Shown here piece after piece: positions 31,301-38,696 of a stretch of 45,204 nt of DNA. The translations under genes and the position numbers were made by a program. A model generated the notes under the pieces. That model was not told the DNA's origin. It worked only from the letters and a program-made list of their open reading frames with translations, and ran no database searches. Position 1 is the first letter of the stretch. Each line of letters starts with the position of its first letter. Source of the stretch: an uncultured Myxococcia bacterium. GTDB lineage: Bacteria > CAZTWC01. The DNA lies in contig CAZTWC010000005.1 of assembly GCA_964617105.1 (NCBI GenBank), positions 1-45,204 on the forward strand, read 5' to 3'.

Positions 31301-34300
31301 ACTCCTCCGCACTGGGCCGGCTTACAGATATCCTCCCGGCAAATCAGCCCCTGGCCGCAGTCTTGATCCTGGGAACATTTTTTCGGGGCACAGCGTCCCA
31401 GGTTACACTCCTGGCCAGGGCCGCAATTACCACCACCAAAACATTCCGGCTGGCCACATTGGCCGTTTTGACAGATCAAACAGTTGCCCATGAAACACGG
31501 GCAGCTTTTGTCGCTTTGGCAAGCAGGGCCGATACCAGTGCATTTACCGCTGCCAGAGTCGCAAGTTGATCCCATTGGGCAATCGCTGTCTTTTTGACAA
31601 CCCTCAATTTTTTTACACTCTCCTAAAAACAGGTCGCAGTGCGTTCCTTTTGGACATTCTTCATTGCTGCTGCATTTTCCTGAAGCAAGCAGGCATTTTC
31701 CAGTGGCGGTTTCGCATTTTTCACCCTCTTTACAGTCGCCATCTTGTAGGCAACCGGTATCTTGGAAACACTTGCCGCTGGATAGATCGCACCAGTAGCG
31801 TTGCTTGCAGTCTTCATCCTTTTTACAGCCCTCTTTAGGTATACATTGGCCACTCAGAAGATCGCAGATATGACCTTCACTGCATTCTGCATCGTCCATA
31901 CAGCCGCCATCCTGCTGGCATATATGATTCTGGATTTGGCAAACCTGCCTCACCGGACAATGGCTGTCTTGGCGGCATTCCACCGCCATACATTTGCCGA
32001 TTTTCAGGTCGCAGCCCTCTCTCTCTTTACATTCAATATCTTCCTTACAGCCCGGCTGGCAGGTCCCATTTTGGCAAAAGAGTCCGGCTGGGCACTCAGT
32101 GCTGCTTTGACATTTAGCACCCACGCAAAGATAGTCCTTACATTTCTCTTCTGGGCGGCAATGGCTGTCCTCCAGACAGGCCACCTCTTTACATTGGTAT
32201 TCCTGGCAGATAAAACGCCTCTGCCCCAGGCAGTCGGAATCGAGTCTACAGCCTACGCGGCATAGAGATTCCAGACAAATCTCACCCGACTGGCAATCGC
32301 TGTCAGCCTGACAAATAGAGTAGACACAGCGTTGGCTTTTACATAGAAAATCATTGGGGCAGTCGCTGTCTTGTCCACATTGGGCTTTGGTGCAGAGCAA
32401 GTTTTGACAGATTGCCTGGTCGCCGCACTCCTGGTCATTCTGGCACTTGCGGACTTCACATCTTCCATTTTTACAATTTTGAAAACTCTGGCAGTCATCC
32501 TGGTTGAAGCACTGGGGAAACCCGCATTTGCCCTTTATACAGATCGTACAGTTGGAAAACAGGCAGGGACAATCGGTGTCGTTATTGCAGGATGGACCCA
32601 CGCCCACGCATTTGCCCTGGCTGGTGTCGCAATTGGAGCCGGTGGGGCAGTCTTGGTTGGAACTACACTTGTCTGTACTGCGACAGGAGTTGGAAAGCAG
32701 ATCGCAGGTTTGTCCGAAGGGACACTCCTCATCGGTATTACACTGGCCGCTTAAATTGATACATTTTCCAGTCTCCAGTTCACATTTTTCTCCAGATTTA
32801 CATTCAGAATCTTTCCAGCAGCCGTTGTCTTTGAAACACTGATTAGAAGTTAGATCGCAGTGTTCCCTTTTCGAACATTCGCTATCTGATTTACAACCGG
32901 AATCCGCGATACACAGGTTATTCAACAGGTCGCATTTAAAGCCAGAGGGGCAGTCCTCTTTAACTTTACACTGCACACTTTTACACTCACCGCTCTCCAG
33001 ATCGCAGATCTCTTTTTCTTTACAGTCTATCTCTCCCCAGCATCCCTCGTCTTTGACGCAAATATGCAGAGCAATATTACACAAGTTACGATCCGGGCAG
33101 TGTTTATCTTCCCGGCACTCCACAGGTGAACAGGTTCCGGTAGGCAGATCGCAGATCTCCTTTTCAGTGCAGTCACTATCCTCCCAGCAACCACTGTCTT
33201 TAACGCAAAGATGAGTATTCAGGTCACACTGGTAACGCGCCTTGCACTCAGAATCATTTTTACACTCCACCTCTTCACATTTGCCAGTTTCCAGGTCACA
33301 AACCGAACTCTGGTTGCAGTCAGCATCCTCCCAGCACCCCTCTCCCCTCTGGCATTTGTTAGTGGCGGTATCGCAGTAATACCTGGTCTTGCACTGCTCA
33401 TCAGTTTTACACTCTACGCTCAGGCATTCACCAGAGGTCATCTGGCACATCGAACCGGTGTCACAATCAACATCGGCCCAGCACCCCTTGTCTTTGACAC
33501 AGCGGCTATTTTGGCAAATATGGCGAGTTTTGCAATCGCGGTTGTGGCTGCATTCCACTGGTTCACATAAACCTGTTTTTAAATTGCACCCCTCTTTGTC
33601 CAGGCAGTCCTGGTCAGATTTACAGCCCTCTTCTGGGCGGCAAACATGGGAAAAATCGCATTTATACCCGGCTAAGCAATCTGTATCGCTCTGGCACTGC
33701 TGCTGATAACATAAACCAGTAGCCTGGTCACAAATCTGGCCCGGGCTACACTCTTCCAGTTTATGGCAACCACTGTCCAATTGACACAGACCGGAAAAGT
33801 AATCGCAAAATTTACGGGCTCCACATTGAATGTTGGTGGTGCATCCCTTGTCTACAGTGCACATGCCGGATAACAGGTCACACCTTTTTCTGAAGGGGCA
33901 AGTAGCATCGGTTAAACAACCGCCGTCAGGCTCACATTTTTTGGTTTCTATCTGACATTTTTCCCGGTCAGAGCAATTTTTATCGGCATCACAGGACAGA
34001 TCTTCAATACATTTGCCGCCTATTGGTTCACATCTCTCCTTCTCCATACAATCGGAGTTTGATTTACATCCCTCACTACCCGGAAAACATAGTCCAGATT
34101 TAAGATTACAGATATTACGCGGCCCGCAATCATCATCACGCTGGCACCCGCTGTCAGAAGAGCATTTGCCACTATCCGGCAAGCAAATTTCCCTGGAGGC
34201 GCACTGATCTCCGGCCCAGCATCCCTGGTCGGAGAAGCAATAGGTTTGATTGGGTTCACAGATTTGACGACTGCTACAGTCGCTGTCCTGGCTACATTTA

Positions 34301-36081
34301 ACTCTCTCCTCACAGCTGCTGGTGTACCTGTTACAAACCTGATTGTCACTGCAGTCACCGTTGATTATACATTTTACTGGCGGCAAACACTGTTTTTGCC
34401 GGCAGACCCTCTTCTGCGAGCAATCTGTATCCAGATAACAGTCAGGCAGGGGCAGGCAGAAATTCTGGACGCAAAAGGAACCCGATTGGCAGTCTATATC
34501 AAAGTTACATTCTTTTTGGTGATCCGGTTTGCAGACGCCCAACAGGCATATATAGCCCTGAGTGCATTCGCTGTTGGCAGCACAGCCGGCGGGACGGCTG
34601 CATAGCCCCTGGTCGCATTGAAAGCCCGGTACTCGCAGGCATTCTCCCTGGTCGAGACAGGGGATATGGGGGGAGCATCGATAGTTTAGGCAACGCCAGT
34701 GTTTGTGGCACTGATCATCTTTTTGGCAGGATGGTGGTTGGCAAGTACCAAATTCACACTGCTCCCCGCTCTTACAGTCGGCATCACTAACACACTCAAA
34801 GGGAGCAATACAATAGTTGTCCACACAAAAAGCCCCTGGACAATCCCGATCTTCACGACAACCAGTCAGTCGCTGACAAATTCCCTCTTTACACTCGAAT
34901 CCCCTGGCGCATTCGCCATTATCCTGGCAACTGACCGGAGTGCATTTTCCACTCTCCAGGCAAAAATGGTTGACTGGGCAAGGATTTTTCTCTGAACAGG
35001 AGTTTACTTGGCAATAACCATCTTTACAGGTATATATTGAGGGGCACTCTCGATTATCTTTTCCTCCGCAAGCAAAAAGGGAGAAGCAAATACTCTCAAG
35101 ACATAATTGCCCCGAAGGACAATCCTGGCTCTGGCGACATAAATGCAAGGGAAGACAGCGGGATTTCTGGCAAAGATAGCCAGAGGGACAATCATCACTG
35201 ACATTACACTCATCGGGCAGGCATTGGTTCTCTTGACATTTAAAACCAGGAGCGCACTTACCATCTTTATCGCAGGGCTCGCTTTTTTGACATTGCCCTT
35301 TATAGCAGATATGCCCCTCCTGGCAATCAGCATCGCTGTAACACATAGGTTTGGTTCGGCAGGTGCCTTCAAAACAGATCTCTTCCGGCTGGCAATCGCT
35401 GTGTTGGCTGCAAGATGGCAGGCAATCCTGGTTCACACATTTGGTGCCACTGGGACAAGAGTCCAGGTCGCCACATTTTTCCCTCTGCTTGACGCACTTG
35501 TTCTGCAGGCAATCAAACCCCTCGGGGCAATCGTTTTCCACCTGGCAAGCATTGATTACACATTTACCCTTCAAGCATAAATACCCATCCTGACAGTCTT
35601 TCTCTTCCTGGCACTCAGCTTTGGGGACGCATATTCCTCGTTGACAGTCGTCTGTTTGGCTACAATCGCTGTTGTCAGCGCAAACCGTACCTTCTGGTTT
35701 GTAGACCTGGCAGTAGTTTTCCAGGCATATAAAACCGGAGTAACATTCATTTTTATCCTGGCATTTTAGTTTGCATATTTTGTCTACACAGTCCCAACCA
35801 GCGTAACAATCATCGTTTGCAGCGCAGGAAATTGGTTCTGACACACATTGGTTACCTACACAGTGCATTGAAGCATAACAGTCCCCGTCATCCTGGCAAG
35901 ATGCCGGTATTGGAACACAGCGACCGCCCTGGCAGGTAGTGCCGGTGAGGGTGGGCTGACAATCGCTGGCCAGTTGGCACTGTCTCGAGGCAATTTGTCC
36001 GCAGGCACTCAGCAAAAGGGCCAGGCACAGGCATAAAACCAATAGAGTAGTTTTAATGGTTTTTAACAAATAAGACTTCAT
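25378..36081 (-). CDS. Giant (3567 aa) cysteine-rich repeat lipoprotein
   Basis: 10.7-kb uninterrupted ORF, AAAGGA RBS, signal peptide ending LLSAC (lipobox), then continuous ~21-27 aa units C-xx-D-x-[DE]-C-x5-C-x4-6-C to the C-terminus. Confidence 0.93.
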   Translation of the reverse strand: MKSYLLKTIKTTLLVLCLCLALLLSACGQIASRQCQLASDCQPTLTGTTCQGGRCVPIPASCQDDGDCYASMHCVGNQCVSEPISCAANDDCYAGWDCVDKICKLKCQDKNECYSGFICLENYCQVYKPEGTVCADNSDCSQTDDCQRGICVPKAECQEEKDCQDGYLCLKGKCVINACQVENDCPEGFDCLQNKCVKQREKCGDLDSCPSGTKCVNQDCLPSCSQHSDCQPEEICFEGTCRTKPMCYSDADCQEGHICYKGQCQKSEPCDKDGKCAPGFKCQENQCLPDECNVSDDCPSGYLCQKSRCLPLHLCRQSQDCPSGQLCLESICFSLFACGGKDNRECPSIYTCKDGYCQVNSCSEKNPCPVNHFCLESGKCTPVSCQDNGECARGFECKEGICQRLTGCREDRDCPGAFCVDNYCIAPFECVSDADCKSGEQCEFGTCQPPSCQKDDQCHKHWRCLNYRCSPHIPCLDQGECLRVPGFQCDQGLCSRPAGCAANSECTQGYICLLGVCKPDHQKECNFDIDCQSGSFCVQNFCLPLPDCYLDTDCSQKRVCRQKQCLPPVKCIINGDCSDNQVCNRYTSSCEERVKCSQDSDCSSRQICEPNQTYCFSDQGCWAGDQCASREICLPDSGKCSSDSGCQRDDDCGPRNICNLKSGLCFPGSEGCKSNSDCMEKERCEPIGGKCIEDLSCDADKNCSDREKCQIETKKCEPDGGCLTDATCPFRKRCDLLSGMCTVDKGCTTNIQCGARKFCDYFSGLCQLDSGCHKLEECSPGQICDQATGLCYQQQCQSDTDCLAGYKCDFSHVCRPEEGCKSDQDCLDKEGCNLKTGLCEPVECSHNRDCKTRHICQNSRCVKDKGCWADVDCDTGSMCQMTSGECLSVECKTDEQCKTRYYCDTATNKCQRGEGCWEDADCNQSSVCDLETGKCEEVECKNDSECKARYQCDLNTHLCVKDSGCWEDSDCTEKEICDLPTGTCSPVECREDKHCPDRNLCNIALHICVKDEGCWGEIDCKEKEICDLESGECKSVQCKVKEDCPSGFKCDLLNNLCIADSGCKSDSECSKREHCDLTSNQCFKDNGCWKDSECKSGEKCELETGKCINLSGQCNTDEECPFGQTCDLLSNSCRSTDKCSSNQDCPTGSNCDTSQGKCVGVGPSCNNDTDCPCLFSNCTICIKGKCGFPQCFNQDDCQSFQNCKNGRCEVRKCQNDQECGDQAICQNLLCTKAQCGQDSDCPNDFLCKSQRCVYSICQADSDCQSGEICLESLCRVGCRLDSDCLGQRRFICQEYQCKEVACLEDSHCRPEEKCKDYLCVGAKCQSSTECPAGLFCQNGTCQPGCKEDIECKEREGCDLKIGKCMAVECRQDSHCPVRQVCQIQNHICQQDGGCMDDAECSEGHICDLLSGQCIPKEGCKKDEDCKQRYWCDLSSGKCFQDTGCLQDGDCKEGEKCETATGKCLLASGKCSSNEECPKGTHCDLFLGECKKIEGCQKDSDCPMGSTCDSGSGKCTGIGPACQSDKSCPCFMGNCLICQNGQCGQPECFGGGNCGPGQECNLGRCAPKKCSQDQDCGQGLICREDICKPAQCGGVSQCPSGYRCENGRCQIDKCGQDQDCSQGKICLYGACQTGCRDNQQCQEKEVCQENRCRPVECLEDKDCPLDRRCQNYSCQENACTNDGQCRNNEVCKDNKCVMGCENNGQCGALEVCDPQTRICSRVACKLDEHCGIGFKCLNFVCQPYCSSDEHCSDFEICNYNIHQCYRVECKKEGQCPAGKKCDLQFHQCLDICQSNNDCGEKEICQTDTGKCKVVECRQDSQCPKGYRCETTNYLCIPYCQTEADCQEKELCDTAQNQCYPVECKTNSHCPQGKICNTNFHQCSLRCEKESDCGKQELCDTQSGKCYQVQCKIDAHCGGTQKCSLKDYTCIPYCTSSDQCKEREVCQNGKCLAVECKTDSQCPAGNKCNMATYTCAIFCQSNGDCGERELCEINSGRCYQVECNADFHCSQDQRCNMTTHKCIPFCKQDSDCLEKQLCNFNTGRCQDVQCTNDGHCASPISSKPPARCINYKCLEGGCHNDDNCQPGQICQSNLCQIGCRDHSQCQEKQICSANKCLSVECTQDSHCLANQRCDQQNNKCLSQGCQKDADCAEQEICYLGSGKCEKVDCTTDAHCQSRQVCDLDIHICKPDGGCQKDFDCGKRKLCDISSGKCFPDSGCWADSDCKQEERCDLDSGKCVLQSGSCKTSEDCAAGFVCDMFTKKCKSSKCTANSDCPVGQRCDITTGLCEGIGQQCSDDSKCPCQMSYCSICENGRCAAPQCTDNLGCASTHQCQRGRCVRRTCTSDANCPGDAICQGGICTGPQCQKDSECFQGFICQNYRCIYAKCSEDNQCSKGQICLDSSCQEGCRSTSDCPVIALCTANRCYPVSCLEDSQCPTSHKCLNNQCVGGGCLADSDCQTGQICQQSICQSGCRQQTDCSGKALCINNKCTPVECLTSNDCSDNKICKNYFCVDGGCLADTDCQTGHICIQNSCTVGCRQNTDCQGRALCRLNRCVSVDCLTNSDCLDGKICRNNLCSDQCSKDSDCQSEYICLSGKCRTGCRTLSDCGDKQICSGRRCVAVECTTNTHCLSNQTCLNNSCVEECNVDSDCGQGKICNASRCQVGCRGDLDCPEKSICQNQRCIQVACRNDSDCPSDHSCVKNQCYGNSCYSDSTCPQGEICLSGRCRTGCRATDNCPAQMACINYICTSVECTADSHCSQGEKCVNYTCKMGGCNTDQECQTGMICLSGTCRTGCRIISDCTGKEICLQYRCQSVECRNDSECDQGKKCINYQCVEGGCLRDADCTSGFICIAAKCTVGCRRHTDCSGLALCKSNRCVVVQCLDNSDCQTGEKCIGNNCILGGCSRDSDCSPGQICLKNLCALGCRSDSECQGMSICKNNSCLAVECKVNTDCQTGEVCSNYQCIGALCQDNSDCAAGTFCNIQGKCMPGCRGDSECGQREICDVKNGKCIADFGCWSDNDCQTGEKCDLKSGNCITSGTCKSDQDCPLGQRCDILNGQCKNQEGFCQSDSDCPTGYRCNTKTNKCEGIGPECTQDTDCPCLGDNCSICIENNCSPPQCLDNSNCTAGQECQRGRCVAKTCRQDSECDGGTICQGGYCSAPECQSNINCQRGYICKGGRCVLGGCTQDGDCGEGFICQNSECTAGCRTNAQCPEKNVCQNNKCVQVQCITDVDCNSGEYCDNFNCVGLGCHINENCPQGQFCKSGTCIPGCRGDSECDTRQLCDPNSGKCVPDGGCYKDTDCSQGFKCDVASGQCLPQGRCRSNADCPAGQNCDTISGQCKNLDQCKSDADCPVFYTCNTVTGKCVGSGSSCQSDTDCTCNFFSCQICQGGRCGSGECRNRSQCQTGYDCVHGRCKQISCKQDLECPTSLICENGGCIAAQCATSKDCPENFSCQRSRCVFTGCLLDKDCGDGRICDGGQCRSGCRVDQDCAEKHVCQSTKCKAVDCTQDAHCQTGYFCRDNLCKLQECVNDGQCAAGEICQEHICVPGCRRDEDCPQNQLCINFSCQ

Positions 36082-36129
36082 AAATTGAGTCCTTTCAAAT
36101 GATCAATAAAGGGTAATCATTGTACTTAA

Positions 36130-36146
36130 TGCAATTTTGGTGCCGG
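36130..36146 (-). promoter_or_regulatory. sigma54 (-24/-12) promoter upstream of the giant lipoprotein gene
   Basis: Minus strand CCGGCACCAAAATTGCA = GGCAC-N5-TTGCA, about 50 bp upstream of the ATG. Confidence 0.72.
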
Positions 36147-36406
36147 AGTCAAAGGTTATTATTGAGCCAGTCGCGAGAACTCCTTTAACATAGGGGGTAT
36201 TTTCCTGTCTTTGCGGCCTGATATCTATAAAATCTATCACTACTGGCCTCCAAATTGTTAACTTTGGTATGCAGTAACTATAAACTATAGTTGATGATTG
36301 TCACTGTCTCTCCGTATATAGTCCCCCTAACCCGGCTTGGAGAAGTAGAAGAACACTTCAGAATGGCAATTAACAATAAAATCCTGCGCAAACGTGGCAA
36401 AAGTTA

Positions 36407-37453
36407 TCAGGAATCAACAGTCTGGTAATAATTAGCTTTAATCAACTCATAAACCGATTTCGACAGCCAGGTCTGATTGATATACTGTGGGTATACTGCC
36501 AGCCTCTCCTTGAGGTGGCAGCCTATCTGGCGCAGGTATTTTTGCAAATCCTTTACCGTTGGCCAGGGGCTCTGGGGATTTATCTGGTCAGGATCAATGG
36601 CAATGCCTCCCAGGTCAGAAACGCCAGCTGTGATCATTTTTTGCCAGAATGAGGGTGACCATTCAATAAGATTGGGGGGGATCTGCACCGCTGGACCGGA
36701 CAGATGGTGTTTAAGCCTATAGTCGCTTACATAACTTATCAACTCCAGAATCTCTTCATCATTTAGCGGTATAGTCAAAGGCAGCCTGGAGTTTTGATTG
36801 GGCTTATAGGACTGGATAATAATCTCCTGCAAATGACCATATTGGCGATGAATATCCAGCAATCTCTCCAGAGAGTCAAAACGGCTCTCCCTGCTCTCCC
36901 ACATGCCAATCAGGATGCCGCTGGTAAAGGGGATTTTCAATTCACCCGCTGTTTTTATCATCTCTATCCGGGTGGCTATATCTTTTTGGGGATGCACCTG
37001 GCGGCCAAAATCAAAATCCAGATTTTCCAGCATCAGTCCCATGGAAGCGCAAAAGGGGCGCAAGAGTTGCAACTCCTCCTGGTTTAAAACTCCAATATTA
37101 ACATGGGGCAGCAATTTACTGACCAGGGCCAGTTTGCATATCTCAATGACATATTGAATCAAAGAGGTAAAACCATTTTTTTGTAATCTATCTACAAAAA
37201 GTTGGGAGCGCTCCGGCCTTTCACCACTCATAATCAGCACCTCTTTGGGTTTAAAGTTTTGATTTTGAACTGTTTTGTGAGATTTTAAGTCAAGGGCATC
37301 TTGCTTTTGCTCCAGGTTAAGAAAAATTTCCTTCACCATATCCATTTCTATCAGATCAACCTGATCACGGAAAAAACCACAGTAGAGGCAGCGGTTGGGG
37401 CAGAACCGGCTCACCACCAGGGTGATATTTTGACTATAGGTAATGGTTGTCAT
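36407..37453 (-). CDS. cofG: FO synthase subunit 1 (CofG-like radical SAM)
   Basis: ITYS.N...CPNRCLYC, LLPHVNIG, SMGLMLE, IPFTSGILIG, GHLQEIIIQ, QIPPNL, DLGGI...INP..PWP. Confidence 0.85.
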   Translation of the reverse strand: MTTITYSQNITLVVSRFCPNRCLYCGFFRDQVDLIEMDMVKEIFLNLEQKQDALDLKSHKTVQNQNFKPKEVLIMSGERPERSQLFVDRLQKNGFTSLIQYVIEICKLALVSKLLPHVNIGVLNQEELQLLRPFCASMGLMLENLDFDFGRQVHPQKDIATRIEMIKTAGELKIPFTSGILIGMWESRESRFDSLERLLDIHRQYGHLQEIIIQSYKPNQNSRLPLTIPLNDEEILELISYVSDYRLKHHLSGPAVQIPPNLIEWSPSFWQKMITAGVSDLGGIAIDPDQINPQSPWPTVKDLQKYLRQIGCHLKERLAVYPQYINQTWLSKSVYELIKANYYQTVDS

Positions 37454-37469
37454 CTCATCTCTATCTCTG

Positions 37470-38696
37470 TCAAACAGTTTCGAATCCCATTTTCCATATA
37501 TCTTTGATGGCAGTGAAGCAGTCTCCCCGGCGGCATACTATCTGGTTGTCAAATGGTTCAAATTGGTATTTTTTATATATATCTGCCACCTGTTGATAAA
37601 TTCTGGCCATGTAATTGAAAGATGGCGGCTGGCTTTGGGCGAGTTTGCTGCCCTTGATGGGCATAAAAGGGACTATAGAGGTATTTATCCCCATGGAGAT
37701 GGCCGATTCAGCGCCTTCAACAATAGATTCTGGATCCTCTCCCAGTCCGGCGATAATCATGGTACTCACCCGGCCGGGTCCAAACAGTTTTAATCCCTGC
37801 TGCCAATTTTTTTGATAGAGTTCCAGAGATAATCGTCCCTTGGCAGGCATCACCTGGCGCCGGAGTTTTTGGTCAAATATTTCAAAATTGCAAAACATCC
37901 CCTGATAACCACAGGCTTTCAATCTCTCCAGCCAGGTTAGCTCCTCAACCGCTTCAAAACCAGCCACCAGGAAAAAATCGTTTGAGCGCAAAGAGCAGGG
38001 TAACTCTTTGGCCGCTTCCACCAGTTGCCTGATTCCCTTATCTGGGCCAGGCAGGGTGGCAGTGTTGATCACCAGCCGCTGCAAAGGAATTTGTTTATCA
38101 TCAACCCCCTTCTTCTCAACTGGTGAGATCGTTTTTGCGGGAGAAAGCGTTTCGGTGGGAGAATCTGCTTCTGGCGGGGGGCGCCGGCCCCTTTTCCACC
38201 ACTGCCGGTGGCCGCAAAAAGCACACCCTTCTCCTCTCTGCTGGTAACAGCAGGCCAATTGCAAAGTGGTGCGGGCAGTGTCATACTCCATTTGAAAGAA
38301 GGGCCAGGGAGATTTTAGTTCCCTCTGCCGGTTTTCACCAGTGCTGGTTTCAGGCAGTCGGAAAGATGGCAGTCCTTCAAAGGATGAGCAAAAGCCAGGA
38401 TGTTGATTGAGAGCAACAAAATCACGGTTATGGCTGTTATCCTGGCAATAAACGATTTTCCAGCCTTCATGTTCAAGAAAAATCATTTTAAATGGTTGGT
38501 CATGGTGATGGCTGAAAGAGGTTAAGAGGGCTAAATTCGGTGAGGTCTGATCCGGTTCACGGATCTCGATTATCCCATTTAAAGGAGAGAGCCACAAAAC
38601 CGGCGGTTTCAGAGATGGATCATCGCTTTTAAACTCTGACGGCAAATATATGGTGCCCACCTGCAGGGCAACTTTTTTCCCCGCCAGAGTCAGCAT
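37470..38696 (-). CDS. Divergent radical SAM protein resembling the MSMEG_0568 / biotin-synthase-related family
   Basis: Atypical cluster motif CCYQQRGEGCAFC, T.TLPGPDKG, RRQVMPAKG, LFGPGRVSTMIIAGLGE, VPFMPIKGS.L...PP. ATG overlaps the cofH stop. Confidence 0.7.
   Translation of the reverse strand: MLTLAGKKVALQVGTIYLPSEFKSDDPSLKPPVLWLSPLNGIIEIREPDQTSPNLALLTSFSHHHDQPFKMIFLEHEGWKIVYCQDNSHNRDFVALNQHPGFCSSFEGLPSFRLPETSTGENRQRELKSPWPFFQMEYDTARTTLQLACCYQQRGEGCAFCGHRQWWKRGRRPPPEADSPTETLSPAKTISPVEKKGVDDKQIPLQRLVINTATLPGPDKGIRQLVEAAKELPCSLRSNDFFLVAGFEAVEELTWLERLKACGYQGMFCNFEIFDQKLRRQVMPAKGRLSLELYQKNWQQGLKLFGPGRVSTMIIAGLGEDPESIVEGAESAISMGINTSIVPFMPIKGSKLAQSQPPSFNYMARIYQQVADIYKKYQFEPFDNQIVCRRGDCFTAIKDIWKMGFETV

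Noticed and set aside
25366-35593. Many plus-strand Ala/Thr/Val-rich ORFs (e.g. 26575..27327, 30622..31569)
   Set aside because: Antisense shadows of Cys/Asp/Gln codons of the giant gene; no recognisable motifs.
25378-36081. Multiheme cytochrome or CRISPR-like array
   Set aside because: No CxxCH motifs noticed (only isolated GCH). The repeats are protein-level, with no identical DNA direct repeats separated by spacers.
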